From Candidatus Cloacimonadales bacterium (GTDB lineage Bacteria > Cloacimonadota > Cloacimonadia > Cloacimonadales > JAIOQZ01), in assembly GCA_963665815.1 (NCBI GenBank), contig OY762463.1:2048001-2112000 (forward strand): a stretch of 64,000 bases of DNA, in the 5' to 3' direction. This document shows positions 10,841-22,204 of the stretch, in pieces. Under the pieces are notes generated by a model. The model searched no databases and was not told the DNA's origin. It saw only the letters and a list, made by a program, of their open reading frames with translations. Positions within the stretch are counted from its first letter, which is position 1. Every line of letters begins with the position of its first letter. The translations under genes were made by a program, and so were the position numbers.

Positions 10841-11789
10841 TAGCTTAAGCAGATTATAAAAAATATTAATTAAGTTTCGACGTTATGTAAAAATACAACA
10901 TTGTTCTAAATTACACTCTACATATTGCATTTATCAATACAATCTCATGATATACAATCTATTATGTCAAACACTTTTTCATTGATAATGTCCTCGAAAG
11001 CTCTTGAACTCATCACAAAAAAAATGTTTTATAGAACTTAAGAAAATAATCAATATTAGCAAAGTGCTAATTTATAGTAAGTAATCCTCAAAAAAGCAGG
11101 TATTAGGATTTTCACGACAGGAACTCGACTTTTCTCAAGTCTTCCCATTATACGAATTTTCCAGTTTTTGACATATTTGAATTAATGGATTGTCAAAATG
11201 AACTTTAGATATTTTGTAGTGTTTATTTTTCGCTACAAAATGTATATTTTCATATAACAAACATTGCAATATAAAATTATATTCACATATTGAGGAGGCT
11301 AACTCAAGGAATTTTAGTATTTTAGTGGGTGTAAAACTGAAAATCTACTTTTCTTTTTCCGCTAATTGTTGACTATGAAATCTCAAAGATAGCTAACTTA
11401 CATATATAAAGAGATTTAGGAGTATATCTTGAATATATAGCAAAATGCTGACAATGTCGATAGCTCAATAAAAAAATCCAAAGCATCAATTGAACTTGGA
11501 CGCTTGAACTGGAAATTTGCATAAATTAAGATCAGAGATTAAAAATTTCAAGAGTAAAACATTATGACTCGACTTTACTCGACTCATCTCGATGCTTTTT
11601 GATAGGTTTTGAGAATACCTATATACCGAAAAAGAATACTTTGAACAATTATAAGTTTCAAGCAAAAGATAAAAGAAATTGTTCCAAAATTTTTTAAAAT
11701 TGTTATTGAAATTGGAAAAGTTAAGCACTAAGATGAATCTTGGCAATAATGAATGGTACAGAAACTGAAGATAAAAATTTCTTGAAGTG

Positions 11790-12072
11790 TTAGAAAAGTA
11801 TGCAAAATCTATTTGCCTCATAATATTCTTCTTCCATTCTCTGTTTAACTAACTGAGCTTTTATGCGTATCATCTGCACATAGTAGTTATATGCGGACTC
11901 TGCTCCGTCAAGCCATGAGCTCGCAGGACGAAGTCCGAGAGTCTCCACTCCGAAGTCTGTATAACGTAAGTTCGAAGACCATAGGAGGTACATTACTTTT
12001 CAAGGAACCGTTTTCCCCAATATATTCAGTTCAAGTCGTGTTCGTCAATAATTTCTCTGTTTTCACCAATAA
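11790..12072 (-). pseudogene. Degenerate terminal orphan Rhs cassette
   Basis: Rhs-core remnant at 11998-12072 matching 37002-37072, hairpin element, LDGA, then a short CT stub. Confidence 0.6.
11915..11999. repeat. Tandem-hairpin element, copy 1 (2 units)
   Basis: GAGCTC-GCA-GGAC-GAA-GTCC-GA-GAGTCTC and GTCT-GTA..GA-AGAC, then CATAGGAGGTACATTA. Confidence 0.85.
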
Positions 12073-12100
12073 ACTTATATCAGTATAAGATAAAAAAACT

Positions 12101-13333
12101 CTATTTAAAACATGGATCATAAGTATAAATAGAAATACTCTTGTTTGAAGTATCCCTCTTTTCTTCTTGAAAAACATACAATTTATTAGTATTTATAATA
12201 CACTTTATGATATACATATCTATATCAGGATCAATATAGTAAAACTTTGATTCAGCAGTATCAAATATTCCCGGCTTAAGTGTTGTTCCTTCTCTGTGTA
12301 AGATTATACAGTTTTCAAAAGTAGTGTTCGAGAAATCTGATATTGGATAATATTCATACTCAATTTTCTTGGGATTTAAATTTTCATCTATTTCGAAAAC
12401 TGTTACTAAGCTATCTGATGTACTTCCATATAAAAATAACTTATTATTTTTATCTATCAATGAAAATCTGGAGTATTGACTAATACTATTGTTTACTATT
12501 AGTATATCCGGATTATCATAGTCAAATTCATTGTAATGTTTGATATTAAGAGAGTGTGTATCCAAGCTGAACAGAATATTATTATTAAGAGATACGTCTT
12601 GTTGTTGATGGCCTCTTATTGCTTTTACTCTATTACAACAACTAGCAAACAAGAATAAATTATCATCAATGATACTGACATCATTTGCAGATACGAAGCT
12701 GCCTGAATCAAAATAAAGGATTTCTCCCCATTCACCTTTATCTGACATCTTCGCTATAAAACCAACAGGGTAATCCTCTTTTTGCTTATTTACTTGTTTA
12801 TCCTCAAATTCGGCTGATCCAGTTAATTCTCCAACAATGTAAATTTGATCATATTTGTCCAATGCAACATTGTTTGGTTTACAACTTAACTTTGGATTAA
12901 TACTATTATTCCAGAGTACTGTACTATCAGGAGCAAATTTTATTATAAATGTGGAATTTATTACAGTTTTATATCTTTTCTGCAATTCACAGACCCCACT
13001 AACAATGATATTGTCGGAGTTATCAATATTTATATGCTTAGGATATAAATTATCCTCAAGTAATTTTGACCATAAAATATCTAAATTTTTATCAAACTTT
13101 ACAATATAACTTTTGTGCACAATTATATTCTCAGTCTTGGATTTTTCGTACCTGTATCCAATAAATATACAGTTTCCCAAATTGTCTATTGCAATATTCG
13201 CTACTACAAAATCATGCATAAATTCATTCTTGATCACATATTGGTTACATTCAATATTACTTACCTTTTTATCACCGAATAAATTAATATACAATATCAG
13301 TACAACAAATATACATACAGTTTTTCTTAACAT
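12101..13333 (-). CDS. Exported beta-propeller protein, putative immunity
   Basis: Signal peptide; repeated IAID..GN / IVKFD....LW motifs; directly follows a CT. Confidence 0.7.
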   Translation of the reverse strand: MLRKTVCIFVVLILYINLFGDKKVSNIECNQYVIKNEFMHDFVVANIAIDNLGNCIFIGYRYEKSKTENIIVHKSYIVKFDKNLDILWSKLLEDNLYPKHINIDNSDNIIVSGVCELQKRYKTVINSTFIIKFAPDSTVLWNNSINPKLSCKPNNVALDKYDQIYIVGELTGSAEFEDKQVNKQKEDYPVGFIAKMSDKGEWGEILYFDSGSFVSANDVSIIDDNLFLFASCCNRVKAIRGHQQQDVSLNNNILFSLDTHSLNIKHYNEFDYDNPDILIVNNSISQYSRFSLIDKNNKLFLYGSTSDSLVTVFEIDENLNPKKIEYEYYPISDFSNTTFENCIILHREGTTLKPGIFDTAESKFYYIDPDIDMYIIKCIINTNKLYVFQEEKRDTSNKSISIYTYDPCFK

Positions 13334-13348
13334 TTAATTCTCCAATTA

Positions 13349-14428
13349 TTATTTTGGTACCCCGAATCGATTACTGTCATAGATATAGTCAGTATTTCTA
13401 TACTCATGCCTATAGTTGTCAAAGGTTCCTTCAGGGCAGAAAGTTTTTAAGTACAATTTTTCAACCCAAGGCATATTGCTAAGATAATCTCTTTTTGACC
13501 AACGTTTCGCCTTCATTGTCTTATCTTCATTCATTGGAATTTTATTCCAAAATGTCTTCCTTTCGCAGAGTGATTTATACTTTTCTATTCCCATTAAGGA
13601 TCTTTGTCCAGCATGAAATGTTTCATGCTGGAAGTTGTGGTAAGGATTTAAATACACTTTTTCGTATGATTTAAAAAAGTGACCTATCAAAGGAATGTGT
13701 GACATAAATTTGCTAAATTTTGTCTCCTGATCAAAAACGTATGTCGAATTATGATCCCATAATATAATATTAGATTTTTTGCCTTCTACAGTAACATAAT
13801 CTCCATTTCTTAATCTGAGAAAACTATTATTTGCATCAATTCCACCTAAGGTTAATTTATCTGAAGGCATATAACATAAAGGGACAAGTACCCCATTAAC
13901 TTTTGTGTTTGATGCAACACATAATGAATTATAATCTTTTTCTGATCCGGTTAGAACTGTATCAACAATTTGATAAATAAGTTCTTCATTGTAATCTTCT
14001 GGACTAATAACTCCGTCTTGATTTACAGCGTAAATGTTATTAATATTTAAGCCATTCTCTCCTATTTGGATAACTAAACCATCTTTTCTAGTTTTTCCTT
14101 CGAGTAATTCCGTTATTGGGTTCTGAATTGTATCATCTTTTTTAAGTTTACTAATGTCTAATTCATAATGTCCTTCTTCTAGCTCATTTGTATTATATCT
14201 CTCCATTGTTGAACCATCCACAGTCGTCCTCCTCCCACTTGTTCTGCTAACCATAAACTGGTCAACAAGTGAGTAGAAGCTTGAATACATAAATTCTGTG
14301 CAAATACTGTTCCAGTTTGCATCAGATAACGCCAAACAGGCATCCACAAAGGAAGCTGTCTGCTCTGCCAAAGCAAGCTTCTCATTAACCATAGCGGACA
14401 CTCTTGCATTCCGCATATTTGCTTCCAT
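13349..14428 (-). CDS. Orphan Rhs-CT (linker B) with HExxH domain
   Basis: Shared MEANMRNARV..RTSGRR segment; FQHETFH. Confidence 0.8.
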   Translation of the reverse strand: MEANMRNARVSAMVNEKLALAEQTASFVDACLALSDANWNSICTEFMYSSFYSLVDQFMVSRTSGRRTTVDGSTMERYNTNELEEGHYELDISKLKKDDTIQNPITELLEGKTRKDGLVIQIGENGLNINNIYAVNQDGVISPEDYNEELIYQIVDTVLTGSEKDYNSLCVASNTKVNGVLVPLCYMPSDKLTLGGIDANNSFLRLRNGDYVTVEGKKSNIILWDHNSTYVFDQETKFSKFMSHIPLIGHFFKSYEKVYLNPYHNFQHETFHAGQRSLMGIEKYKSLCERKTFWNKIPMNEDKTMKAKRWSKRDYLSNMPWVEKLYLKTFCPEGTFDNYRHEYRNTDYIYDSNRFGVPK

Positions 14429-14542
14429 TAACGCCTCATTCTTAAGCTGCTCATTACTCTTCCAGTGGCCTCCGTCAATTTTTACTCAACCTTTGTGAAA
14501 CAGCAAAGAAAAGCAGTACTCTTTTTCGGTTCATTAATAGAG

Positions 14543-14564
14543 AAAAGCCTGCACAGGGCAGGCT
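14543..14564 (-). terminator. Left-array terminator family (also 17156-17177, 26757-26777, 30472-30495, 34508-34530)
   Basis: AAAGCCTGCAC...CAGGCT hairpin with a minus-strand T tract just after immunity-gene stops. Confidence 0.7.
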
Positions 14565-14571
14565 GTATAAT

Positions 14572-15981
14572 TTACCTATCTTCTTCCAGAAAAGGGAACT
14601 CATTAGGTGTGATAAGCATATATCCTTTCTTACTTTCTTCACTATAGGAATGTACTTCAGTATTGAATAGAACTCCCAACTTAAATATATTATCCATTTG
14701 CAGGGCACGTTCAGTAAGTTTTAACTCGTTACGTTCTTCTTTTTTTTTAGACCACAGCAATTGGTTTGTGTCACCAACTTTTGCTTCGAAATACTGACAT
14801 TTATAATCCTCAGTTAAAATGTTAGATCCTATACGCTTATCATAATTAGTAATATAGTTATAGCCATATATTGCATCAGATTTGTCTTTTTTTATGTAAT
14901 TGATTACAAAACTATAGTCTGAGTCTATTGAAGCTTCAATCAGCCTTTTCTCGGTAACACGTCCCCTCTTATTTAGAAAAAGCATAGCAAATCCTCTTTC
15001 AAAGTTTGACTTTTCTTTTTTGAATATTTTGTTGGGATTTTCAAAATTTATCAAGTAGGACGCTACTGCTCTTTCCAATTCACAATCATAAACGAGCTTT
15101 GGATTAGCATAGAAAGAGAAATATTTGCACCATTTTGGTTTGCCTTTTTTGTTAACATAAAGGATTGCAACTGCAGAATTCGTAAAAACATTTCTATTGT
15201 TGAATGGAAAAAACGATTTCCCTCCAACGTCAACTTGATCAGTGACTTTACCCATTATATACGAGTTACCATGTTTATCAATAACATGTTTACAACCATA
15301 TCTAAAAGCTTCAAGATTTAACGACCACACAATTTTGCCTTTACTATTTATTTTAACTAAAGTATTATCTCCCCTATTGTTATTATCCAGTTTTTCAAAT
15401 ACTTGATTCGCTAATGTAACATCATTGTAATGGTAAAACTTCAAATAGAAATTATTTGCGGAATCAATAGATTTTGCAGTTAACATTACACGAGTATTCT
15501 TTTCATTTCTCATAACTGTATTCCATGTAACATTACCTTCATTCATATCAATACATGCAAACATTTGAATTTTCTCATTTGGAGTGCTGCCTGAAAAGTA
15601 CTCATTATTGAAATAGAACTCATATCCTCCTAGATGAATAATAACTGAATTTGAGTACTTACTATATCTTGTAGAAATACTTTTGCTCAAACTTTTTTCT
15701 ACTTCTACAGATGCAGAACTTATTATCTCGCTGTTCTCATTATCAATTTTTTGAAATTTCCATTTGATGTAATTAACTTCACTTGAATCACGGAATGATT
15801 CTCGAGGTTTAATTTTTTGCAATGGGTACTTCTTTATTAGAAAAGTGAAACTTTCATCTCTATCAATTATTTCATAATCACATTCTGTATCTATGTTTTC
15901 CAGTCTATATGGAAAATTATCAACGCAAAAGTACGAAACTGTTATACAAAACAACATTACAGATATGATACTTTTTCTCAT
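14572..15981 (-). CDS. Exported beta-propeller-like protein, putative immunity
   Basis: Signal peptide; LVKINSKGKIVW and IDKHGNSYIMG repeats. Confidence 0.7.
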   Translation of the reverse strand: MRKSIISVMLFCITVSYFCVDNFPYRLENIDTECDYEIIDRDESFTFLIKKYPLQKIKPRESFRDSSEVNYIKWKFQKIDNENSEIISSASVEVEKSLSKSISTRYSKYSNSVIIHLGGYEFYFNNEYFSGSTPNEKIQMFACIDMNEGNVTWNTVMRNEKNTRVMLTAKSIDSANNFYLKFYHYNDVTLANQVFEKLDNNNRGDNTLVKINSKGKIVWSLNLEAFRYGCKHVIDKHGNSYIMGKVTDQVDVGGKSFFPFNNRNVFTNSAVAILYVNKKGKPKWCKYFSFYANPKLVYDCELERAVASYLINFENPNKIFKKEKSNFERGFAMLFLNKRGRVTEKRLIEASIDSDYSFVINYIKKDKSDAIYGYNYITNYDKRIGSNILTEDYKCQYFEAKVGDTNQLLWSKKKEERNELKLTERALQMDNIFKLGVLFNTEVHSYSEESKKGYMLITPNEFPFLEEDR

Positions 15982-15989
15982 TTTTCCTC

Positions 15990-17075
15990 CTAATAATTTC
16001 CGAAAATATCCTTTGCTCTTTTATATCTCGGTTGTTCTCCATACACTTTATCAACATTATGAATAAATCTTTCCTGCAGATTTGGATTTGGATCGTAGCT
16101 CTTTTCAAATATCCACATGAATTTTTTCTTAGTAATAAAGTCCTTTGAAACATTTTCCATAATTTTACCAGCTCGCTCCATAGTATCTTTCTCAAATTGA
16201 AACTGATAATTTGTTCTATTGTCATAATCCTTATCAACTTTTTTCGATCTATATTTTACCCATGAATTATGTGTGTGAGATCTGGCATCATAAGCATGTC
16301 CAGTTTCATGTACATATGCATCAAAAGGAGTTGCAGTTTCATAACCGATATTCCAATCAACATGTTCACCCTTTCTATCTAATTTCATGAATTCAGCATA
16401 TTGTCTAGGCTCAATAAAAGTATCTCCATACTCAACATTATCGCTGAGATTCAACGCAATATAGGCTTTCAGTTTTCCATCAGCAGGGAATTGAAGGAAA
16501 CAATAGCTTTCTCCATTATTGTATATTTCAGCATCAAAATAGATTCTTTCCACATCCTTAAAATTATGCAGTTCGAGATCAATACCTTCTGGTCCACCGA
16601 GAAACCAATTTGTGTCAATACACTTATTAAGCTTTTCCATGAACTCCAAGCTAGTGAAACCCGAAACTTTTAGATTCTCAACATCATTTTTTGTTATTTC
16701 AATTAAATTGAATTCAGCATCATAATAACTGCCTATTTTATCTGAATGTTCCTCTTGAAGTTCTAATGAATCCGCAATTGCTTCAGGTAGTAAACTTTCC
16801 ATTTCATTGACTTTATCGTTTTTGTATTTTTGAGAATAGTCTCCATTAAGACTTCCAGCACCATCTACTCCACTCTTCCTCCCACTTGTTCTGCTAGCCA
16901 TAAACTGGTCAACAAGTGAGTTGAAGCTTGAATACATAAATTCTGTGCAAATACTGTTCCAGTTTGCAACAGATAACGCCAAACAGGCATCCACAAAGGA
17001 AGCTGTCTGCTCTGCCAAAGCAAGCTTCTCATTAACCATAGCGGACACTCTTGCATTCCGCATATTTGCTTCCAT
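15990..17075 (-). CDS. Orphan Rhs-CT (linker B) with HExxH domain
   Basis: Linker B; YVHETGH. Confidence 0.8.
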   Translation of the reverse strand: MEANMRNARVSAMVNEKLALAEQTASFVDACLALSVANWNSICTEFMYSSFNSLVDQFMASRTSGRKSGVDGAGSLNGDYSQKYKNDKVNEMESLLPEAIADSLELQEEHSDKIGSYYDAEFNLIEITKNDVENLKVSGFTSLEFMEKLNKCIDTNWFLGGPEGIDLELHNFKDVERIYFDAEIYNNGESYCFLQFPADGKLKAYIALNLSDNVEYGDTFIEPRQYAEFMKLDRKGEHVDWNIGYETATPFDAYVHETGHAYDARSHTHNSWVKYRSKKVDKDYDNRTNYQFQFEKDTMERAGKIMENVSKDFITKKKFMWIFEKSYDPNPNLQERFIHNVDKVYGEQPRYKRAKDIFGNY

Positions 17076-17186
17076 TAATGCCTCATTCTTAAGCTGCTCA
17101 TAACTCTTCCAGTGGCCTCCGTCAATTTCTACATAACCTTAGCGTAATAGTCAAGAAAAGCCTGCACAGGGCAAGCCAAAATATCC

Positions 17187-18527
17187 TTAATTGCTTGTTC
17201 TATCACTTTCATCGGGTTCTAACTCAATTTTCTTCCAACTGTTTTCTTCTGGATATTGTAAATAGGAAACAAACAACCAGACATCATAATGTTTTATCCA
17301 TAAACTGTTATGCTCATTATGATATTCATTCCTCTCTTTCTTTTTTAATTTATGTTTCAAATCTACTTCAATGGTGCTATTTAGTATCTGATATTTACTT
17401 ATTCTATCGTAAATGGGATTCTCAAGAGTAGATATTTTCATATAATTTGATTCCACGTTTCCATCAAATGAGTAAATACGTAACTCTCGCTTTAACTTAG
17501 GAAAAGAAAGATCTAACTTTTCAATTCTGTCTGCAAAGTATTGTCCATTGCATGCATACACTTTGTTTTCCCCAATGAATAACTGTGTCTTTTTGCTAGC
17601 AGGTTTCTTCCATAGAATTTCACCTTTTTGATTGAATATTGCAAAATGCGGAGATTCAGCATAGCTTAATCTGAGAATATGATACTTATCATTTGAGTTA
17701 ACATTCTCATTATGATCAGGTATTGTACTAAGTTCATTATCTTTTTTGAAAAGCAGATCTCCATTATTATTATACTTCTCAATTGATATTATTCTTTCTT
17801 CCGGAGAGAATGCAGATTCTCTATTAAATACCAATAGTGACCCCGTAGTATCACAGTCTACAACTTTCATGAATATATTATTGGAATCATCATGAATTAA
17901 CTTCTCCCATACAATATTATTATCCATATCAATTTTAATAATTTTGAACTCATTCTTGTAAACTTTTGAGCGTTTATCAATGTTATAAGATAAAGTTTTT
18001 TCAGTACTTTTCCTTAAATAGACAAACTTCTGAGAATTGGTTTTTATGATTCCTATATGATATCTCGATTGCCTAAGTAACTTCACTTTTCCATTTGTAC
18101 CAATAACTGCGATAAAATATTTTCCTTTTCCCGGGGAAATTTTCTTGCCAGCAATTTTTAGTTTTTTTTCTACTTCTCCATAGATTAATACTTCATTATC
18201 CGGAGTAACATAACTGATTCCAAACCGGAATTTATCTCGGGACGAAATTTTAGTTAACCAATACCATTTATCTCTACCTTTTGAACCGATGATGTAAGTA
18301 TATTCCTTCCATCTTCTGAATTTCTTATCACCTATAGTTACTGGTTCACTAGTTTCATTCTTTAAGTCCATTAACATAATTATATTATCTGTGTTCTCTG
18401 ATGAATAAAACTCTACATTCGAATCAATATTTAAATTCTTAAATTCAAGTTTATTAATTGTTTTGCATGCAATTGTAACATTGTTATTTATAAATAACAA
18501 TAATAAAATCATTTGTAGATTTCTCAT
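17187..18527 (-). CDS. Exported beta-propeller-like protein, putative immunity
   Basis: ATG overlaps the upstream stop; hydrophobic N-terminus; KIDMDNNIVW and FNQKGEILW repeats. Confidence 0.65.
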   Translation of the reverse strand: MRNLQMILLLLFINNNVTIACKTINKLEFKNLNIDSNVEFYSSENTDNIIMLMDLKNETSEPVTIGDKKFRRWKEYTYIIGSKGRDKWYWLTKISSRDKFRFGISYVTPDNEVLIYGEVEKKLKIAGKKISPGKGKYFIAVIGTNGKVKLLRQSRYHIGIIKTNSQKFVYLRKSTEKTLSYNIDKRSKVYKNEFKIIKIDMDNNIVWEKLIHDDSNNIFMKVVDCDTTGSLLVFNRESAFSPEERIISIEKYNNNGDLLFKKDNELSTIPDHNENVNSNDKYHILRLSYAESPHFAIFNQKGEILWKKPASKKTQLFIGENKVYACNGQYFADRIEKLDLSFPKLKRELRIYSFDGNVESNYMKISTLENPIYDRISKYQILNSTIEVDLKHKLKKKERNEYHNEHNSLWIKHYDVWLFVSYLQYPEENSWKKIELEPDESDRTSN

Positions 18528-20062
18528 TAGTTCCCCCAAAGATCTGTTTTAATGAAAATGAAATCGTCAGCTTGATACCAATTTCTTGGATTTGCTGCTT
18601 GAGCTGGAATGATACTACCTGCAAAGTTCTCATTTCCAACAGCATGAGCTTCTGATGGTTTCCAAAAAGGTGCTAATTCATGGTCACTTTCGTATTCTTT
18701 TTGTAAAGCAAAAACTCTTTCATCTTTTTGATCCCAGATAGTTTCATCATCGGTTATATCATACATACACTCCCAAAAATCTATAATATGAGTGAATTCA
18801 TGTACAGCCTTCTCGAATGGAACTGTTCTGAATATCTCTTCAAACGTTGGGTATCCGTTTCCATCAGGACATGCTTTTCTTCGACCTACAACAGTAGTCT
18901 GCATATTAATAAGCAACAAATTATACTGATCAACTACAGCCGAATATGATTTATATCTGCTATTCAGCACCCTGAAATCTTCCGAACTTGTATCCACAAT
19001 AAAGAGATTATGGTCTACTGACTCTACAAGGTCGTTGACAAAAGTGCTAAGCTCGTCAATACTTTTTGTTTTTTGCAATGATGTAATTATCCTGTTAACT
19101 GAATCCACAGAAGCTCCTTGAACAATTTTGAAGTTCTTAATATTGTTTGATAGCCTTAATCCGTCCTCTGAAGGTAAGTTTGCACCAGAGGAGTTCCCAT
19201 TCGATTGATTATTCCCATTATTTGCCCAAAAGTTATTAAGCATTCCGGTTAATGCATCTTGAAATTTCTTAGTCAAATTATCATCAACTCCATTGTTTTT
19301 AATCACCTCTTTTGCTCTTTCGGTATATTTTTCACCGGCACTTTTACTACCAAAAATTGAAGTGAAGAATTTTCCAATAGATTTTAAGGAAAAGGCTTCT
19401 GCTATACCACTCGATTTCATATTCCTATCTATTCCACTCCTCCTCCCACTTGTTCTGCTAACCATAAACTGGTCAACAAGTGAGTAGAAGCTTGAATACA
19501 TAAATTCTGTGCAAATACTGTTCCAGTTTGCATCAGATAACGCCAAACAGGCATCCACAAAGGAAGCTGTCTGCTCTGCCAAAGCAAGCTTCTCATTAAC
19601 CATAGCGGACACTCTTGCATTCCGCATATTTGCTTCCATTAACGCCTCATTCTTAAGCTGCTCATAACTCTTCCAGTGTCCTCCGTCAATTTCTACATTA
19701 TTCACGGGATTGTTTTCACAGAATACATACGGGCTGTCGGACTGTTGGTAAGGGTCATTGGAGTGCCAGCGTCCAAGCTGTGGATCCAGAAACCTCAAGC
19801 CCCAGTATATCCAGTCTAAATCCAGTTCGTCAATAATTTCTCTGTTTTCACCAATATACTTACTGTTCATATACTGGTAGCAAAGCCCCGGTATTCTCAT
19901 ACTGAACGCATAGAAGTTGTTCTGCTGTACAGGAAAAGCTGTTCCGCTCTCAGACCTGGCAAATATCACTCTTACATTTCCCATATGGTCTTTCAGTTCA
20001 TATTCATATCTCCATTGCAGAGCTCCCGGAGTATCATCGTTAGTCTTTACTATTCTTCCCAT
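18527..20062 (-). CDS. Orphan Rhs core + linker B + HExxH CT (frame open up to about 20266)
   Basis: YELKDHMGNVR, DPQLGRW, PYVFCENNP..VEIDG, AVHEFTH. Confidence 0.88.
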   Translation of the reverse strand: MGRIVKTNDDTPGALQWRYEYELKDHMGNVRVIFARSESGTAFPVQQNNFYAFSMRIPGLCYQYMNSKYIGENREIIDELDLDWIYWGLRFLDPQLGRWHSNDPYQQSDSPYVFCENNPVNNVEIDGGHWKSYEQLKNEALMEANMRNARVSAMVNEKLALAEQTASFVDACLALSDANWNSICTEFMYSSFYSLVDQFMVSRTSGRRSGIDRNMKSSGIAEAFSLKSIGKFFTSIFGSKSAGEKYTERAKEVIKNNGVDDNLTKKFQDALTGMLNNFWANNGNNQSNGNSSGANLPSEDGLRLSNNIKNFKIVQGASVDSVNRIITSLQKTKSIDELSTFVNDLVESVDHNLFIVDTSSEDFRVLNSRYKSYSAVVDQYNLLLINMQTTVVGRRKACPDGNGYPTFEEIFRTVPFEKAVHEFTHIIDFWECMYDITDDETIWDQKDERVFALQKEYESDHELAPFWKPSEAHAVGNENFAGSIIPAQAANPRNWYQADDFIFIKTDLWGN

Positions 20063-20294
20063 AGATGTATTTATCGAGATATCCGGTAGAGCAGAGGAAT
20101 CAGTTTCATTTACTTTACAGACAACGCCATTGACATAATAGGTTGTAGAGCTCTTTACACCATTAAGAACCAGTATCTTCCGGAGTCTTTCTCCGGTTGC
20201 GGAGTAAACGAAACGTATGTAGTTTTCTCCTGTATAATATCCGGAACCATCATGACGGGAAATTGACTAACAATGCTTATATAGGTAATACTTA

Positions 20295-20618
20295 TCAATG
20301 TTCAATCAAATTATAGGTTGCCAAATAGACTAAAACAATCATAATAAAAATCGAATAAGAAAATAACCTTAATACAATTATGACTAATATTTTTTTCTTC
20401 AAACTAATATCAGGCTTGACATCTAAAAACAATCTAAGTTTAAATATTGTCAATGGATATGTATGACTGAGTTTTTCTTTGCCTATTTTCTTTTGCAGCC
20501 AAGGATTATTCTTCAAAAGCATATTCAGAGAGTCTAAATTGTACCACAAAACTACCCAACTAAAAATAAAAGTACTAGGAATAAGTAAATATAAAATTCC
20601 ATCAATGAAGCCAATCAT
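20295..20618 (-). CDS. Small 2-TM membrane protein, putative immunity
   Basis: Two hydrophobic helices; follows a Gly-rich CT. Confidence 0.6.
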   Translation of the reverse strand: MIGFIDGILYLLIPSTFIFSWVVLWYNLDSLNMLLKNNPWLQKKIGKEKLSHTYPLTIFKLRLFLDVKPDISLKKKILVIIVLRLFSYSIFIMIVLVYLATYNLIEH

Positions 20619-20632
20619 AATATAAATTCTCC

Positions 20633-21420
20633 TTAATAATTGTTCTTATTGTAAGTTCTACCAAATTCTATATAAGCACCTAAATGCAAACCGTAGCCTG
20701 CACCAGCATTAAATCCATGAAAATACTCGTACTCATAAAGTTTATCTGTTTCTTGCTTTATGTGATTAAATTCGAAACCAGCACCACCTATAACTTTTAG
20801 ATTACATCCCCAGTTCAGAGATTCTCCAATTAGAATATCAATATTATCTGTTCCATACAATTCTCCTCTAAATGCCCCAATACCTGCACCAGCAACAACA
20901 CCTGCTCCAAAAGACTTTCCTTTTATAAGCCTGGCTACTCCTTTTGAGTTAATCGCAACACCCATATAATATGAACCTGTTGCAATGGCAGATAAGCGTC
21001 CTTCAAATCCCGAAATTACAATTCCAGGACGTTCTACTTTTTCTAGTCTGTTCTTTACTTTAAGAGTATTTCTATAAAAAGATTTGAAAGTATACAAAGT
21101 AAAACAATCATTTATTGAAGGTCTTCTATATAGAATTGAACTGTCTTTAAAGCTGAATATATTACTTATGTCCATATCCCTATTTATTCTCTCTGCGATG
21201 ATGACACCAGATTTTGTCATTCTGAGAAAAGAATGAGTTCTTTTAGCTAAAGCTAAGTCATGGGTACTATCGTATACTTCATCCAATTCTTAATATTTTT
21301 GTTTTTTTGCATTGATAATGTCTTCGGTATCGCCTTCATCATAGAATAAATCCCAAACATCTATTACATGCGTAAACTCATGTATTATCAATGTTTTCTT
21401 TATATCAGTACGAGGTTGAA
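20633..21420 (-). pseudogene. Interrupted chimeric CT (HEFTH segment, in-frame TAA, Gly-rich domain)
   Basis: IIHEFTHVID..QKY*ELDEVYDSTHDL continues in frame into ORF 20633-21286, whose C-terminus resembles the 22501 CT. Confidence 0.65.
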
Positions 21421-21426
21421 TTAACA

Positions 21427-22176
21427 TTAATTAAACTCCCAATCATAGAATTTAATTGTAAATATTGACCTGTAATGTCTATTATTATGAAGATACTTTT
21501 GGGTGACTTTAACATTTTCTAGAATATACTTCTCATTTTTGATGTTGAATGTGAATGTATAATCCTCAGATGCAACGAAACCTGATGAATAAACTTCAAT
21601 TTTCATCTTGTCAAGTACAAATAGTTCATTATCTATTTCCTGATATTTCATTGTGATTTTACTTGATGCCTCCTTATTATCTTCACTTTTTTCAATTACT
21701 ATAGTATTAGTTTTCTCGAAGACAGTCAATTTACCACATTTTCTAAAAAAATCATCTTTCATTGAATGAAATATTATATTAATTGTTTCCGATACATCAT
21801 TAATACCATTTTCAATACCCGTACTGAGTGTTCGAAACACATCACTGTTTTCATCAATTTTCATTTCGGATAGAAGTCGTTCTTTATCTGGATGAAAGAT
21901 TGAAAATTTAGTAATCTCATTATAACTGACAGTCCACTTTGTGAGTTCAAGTACGTCCTTTATACTTTTCTCATTTACTTCCATAACTCTCAACCCCAAC
22001 TCAATTGTTTGATCTAATTCGTTACAACTGGCTTTACAATAGAATGAATTATTTAAGTATTTATCAATAAAGTAAATATTACCTGAAAAATCTTCTGAAT
22101 AAATGAGATTAATCAGAAAAACAGAAAAGATACAAAGCAGCAGTTTCATGACATTCATTGTATTACTCCAAAACAT
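21427..22176 (-). CDS. Exported hypothetical protein, apparent homologue of 60507-61217
   Basis: Signal peptide; SCNE and IEN.I motifs shared with the 60507 ORF. Confidence 0.6.
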   Translation of the reverse strand: MFWSNTMNVMKLLLCIFSVFLINLIYSEDFSGNIYFIDKYLNNSFYCKASCNELDQTIELGLRVMEVNEKSIKDVLELTKWTVSYNEITKFSIFHPDKERLLSEMKIDENSDVFRTLSTGIENGINDVSETINIIFHSMKDDFFRKCGKLTVFEKTNTIVIEKSEDNKEASSKITMKYQEIDNELFVLDKMKIEVYSSGFVASEDYTFTFNIKNEKYILENVKVTQKYLHNNRHYRSIFTIKFYDWEFN

Positions 22177-22204
22177 CGAAAATATTTATATTTTCCAGAA
22201 ATTT

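Noticed and set aside
11486-11821. 111-aa minus-strand ORF
   Set aside because: Low-complexity AT-rich sequence with no motif; at most debris of the last cassette.
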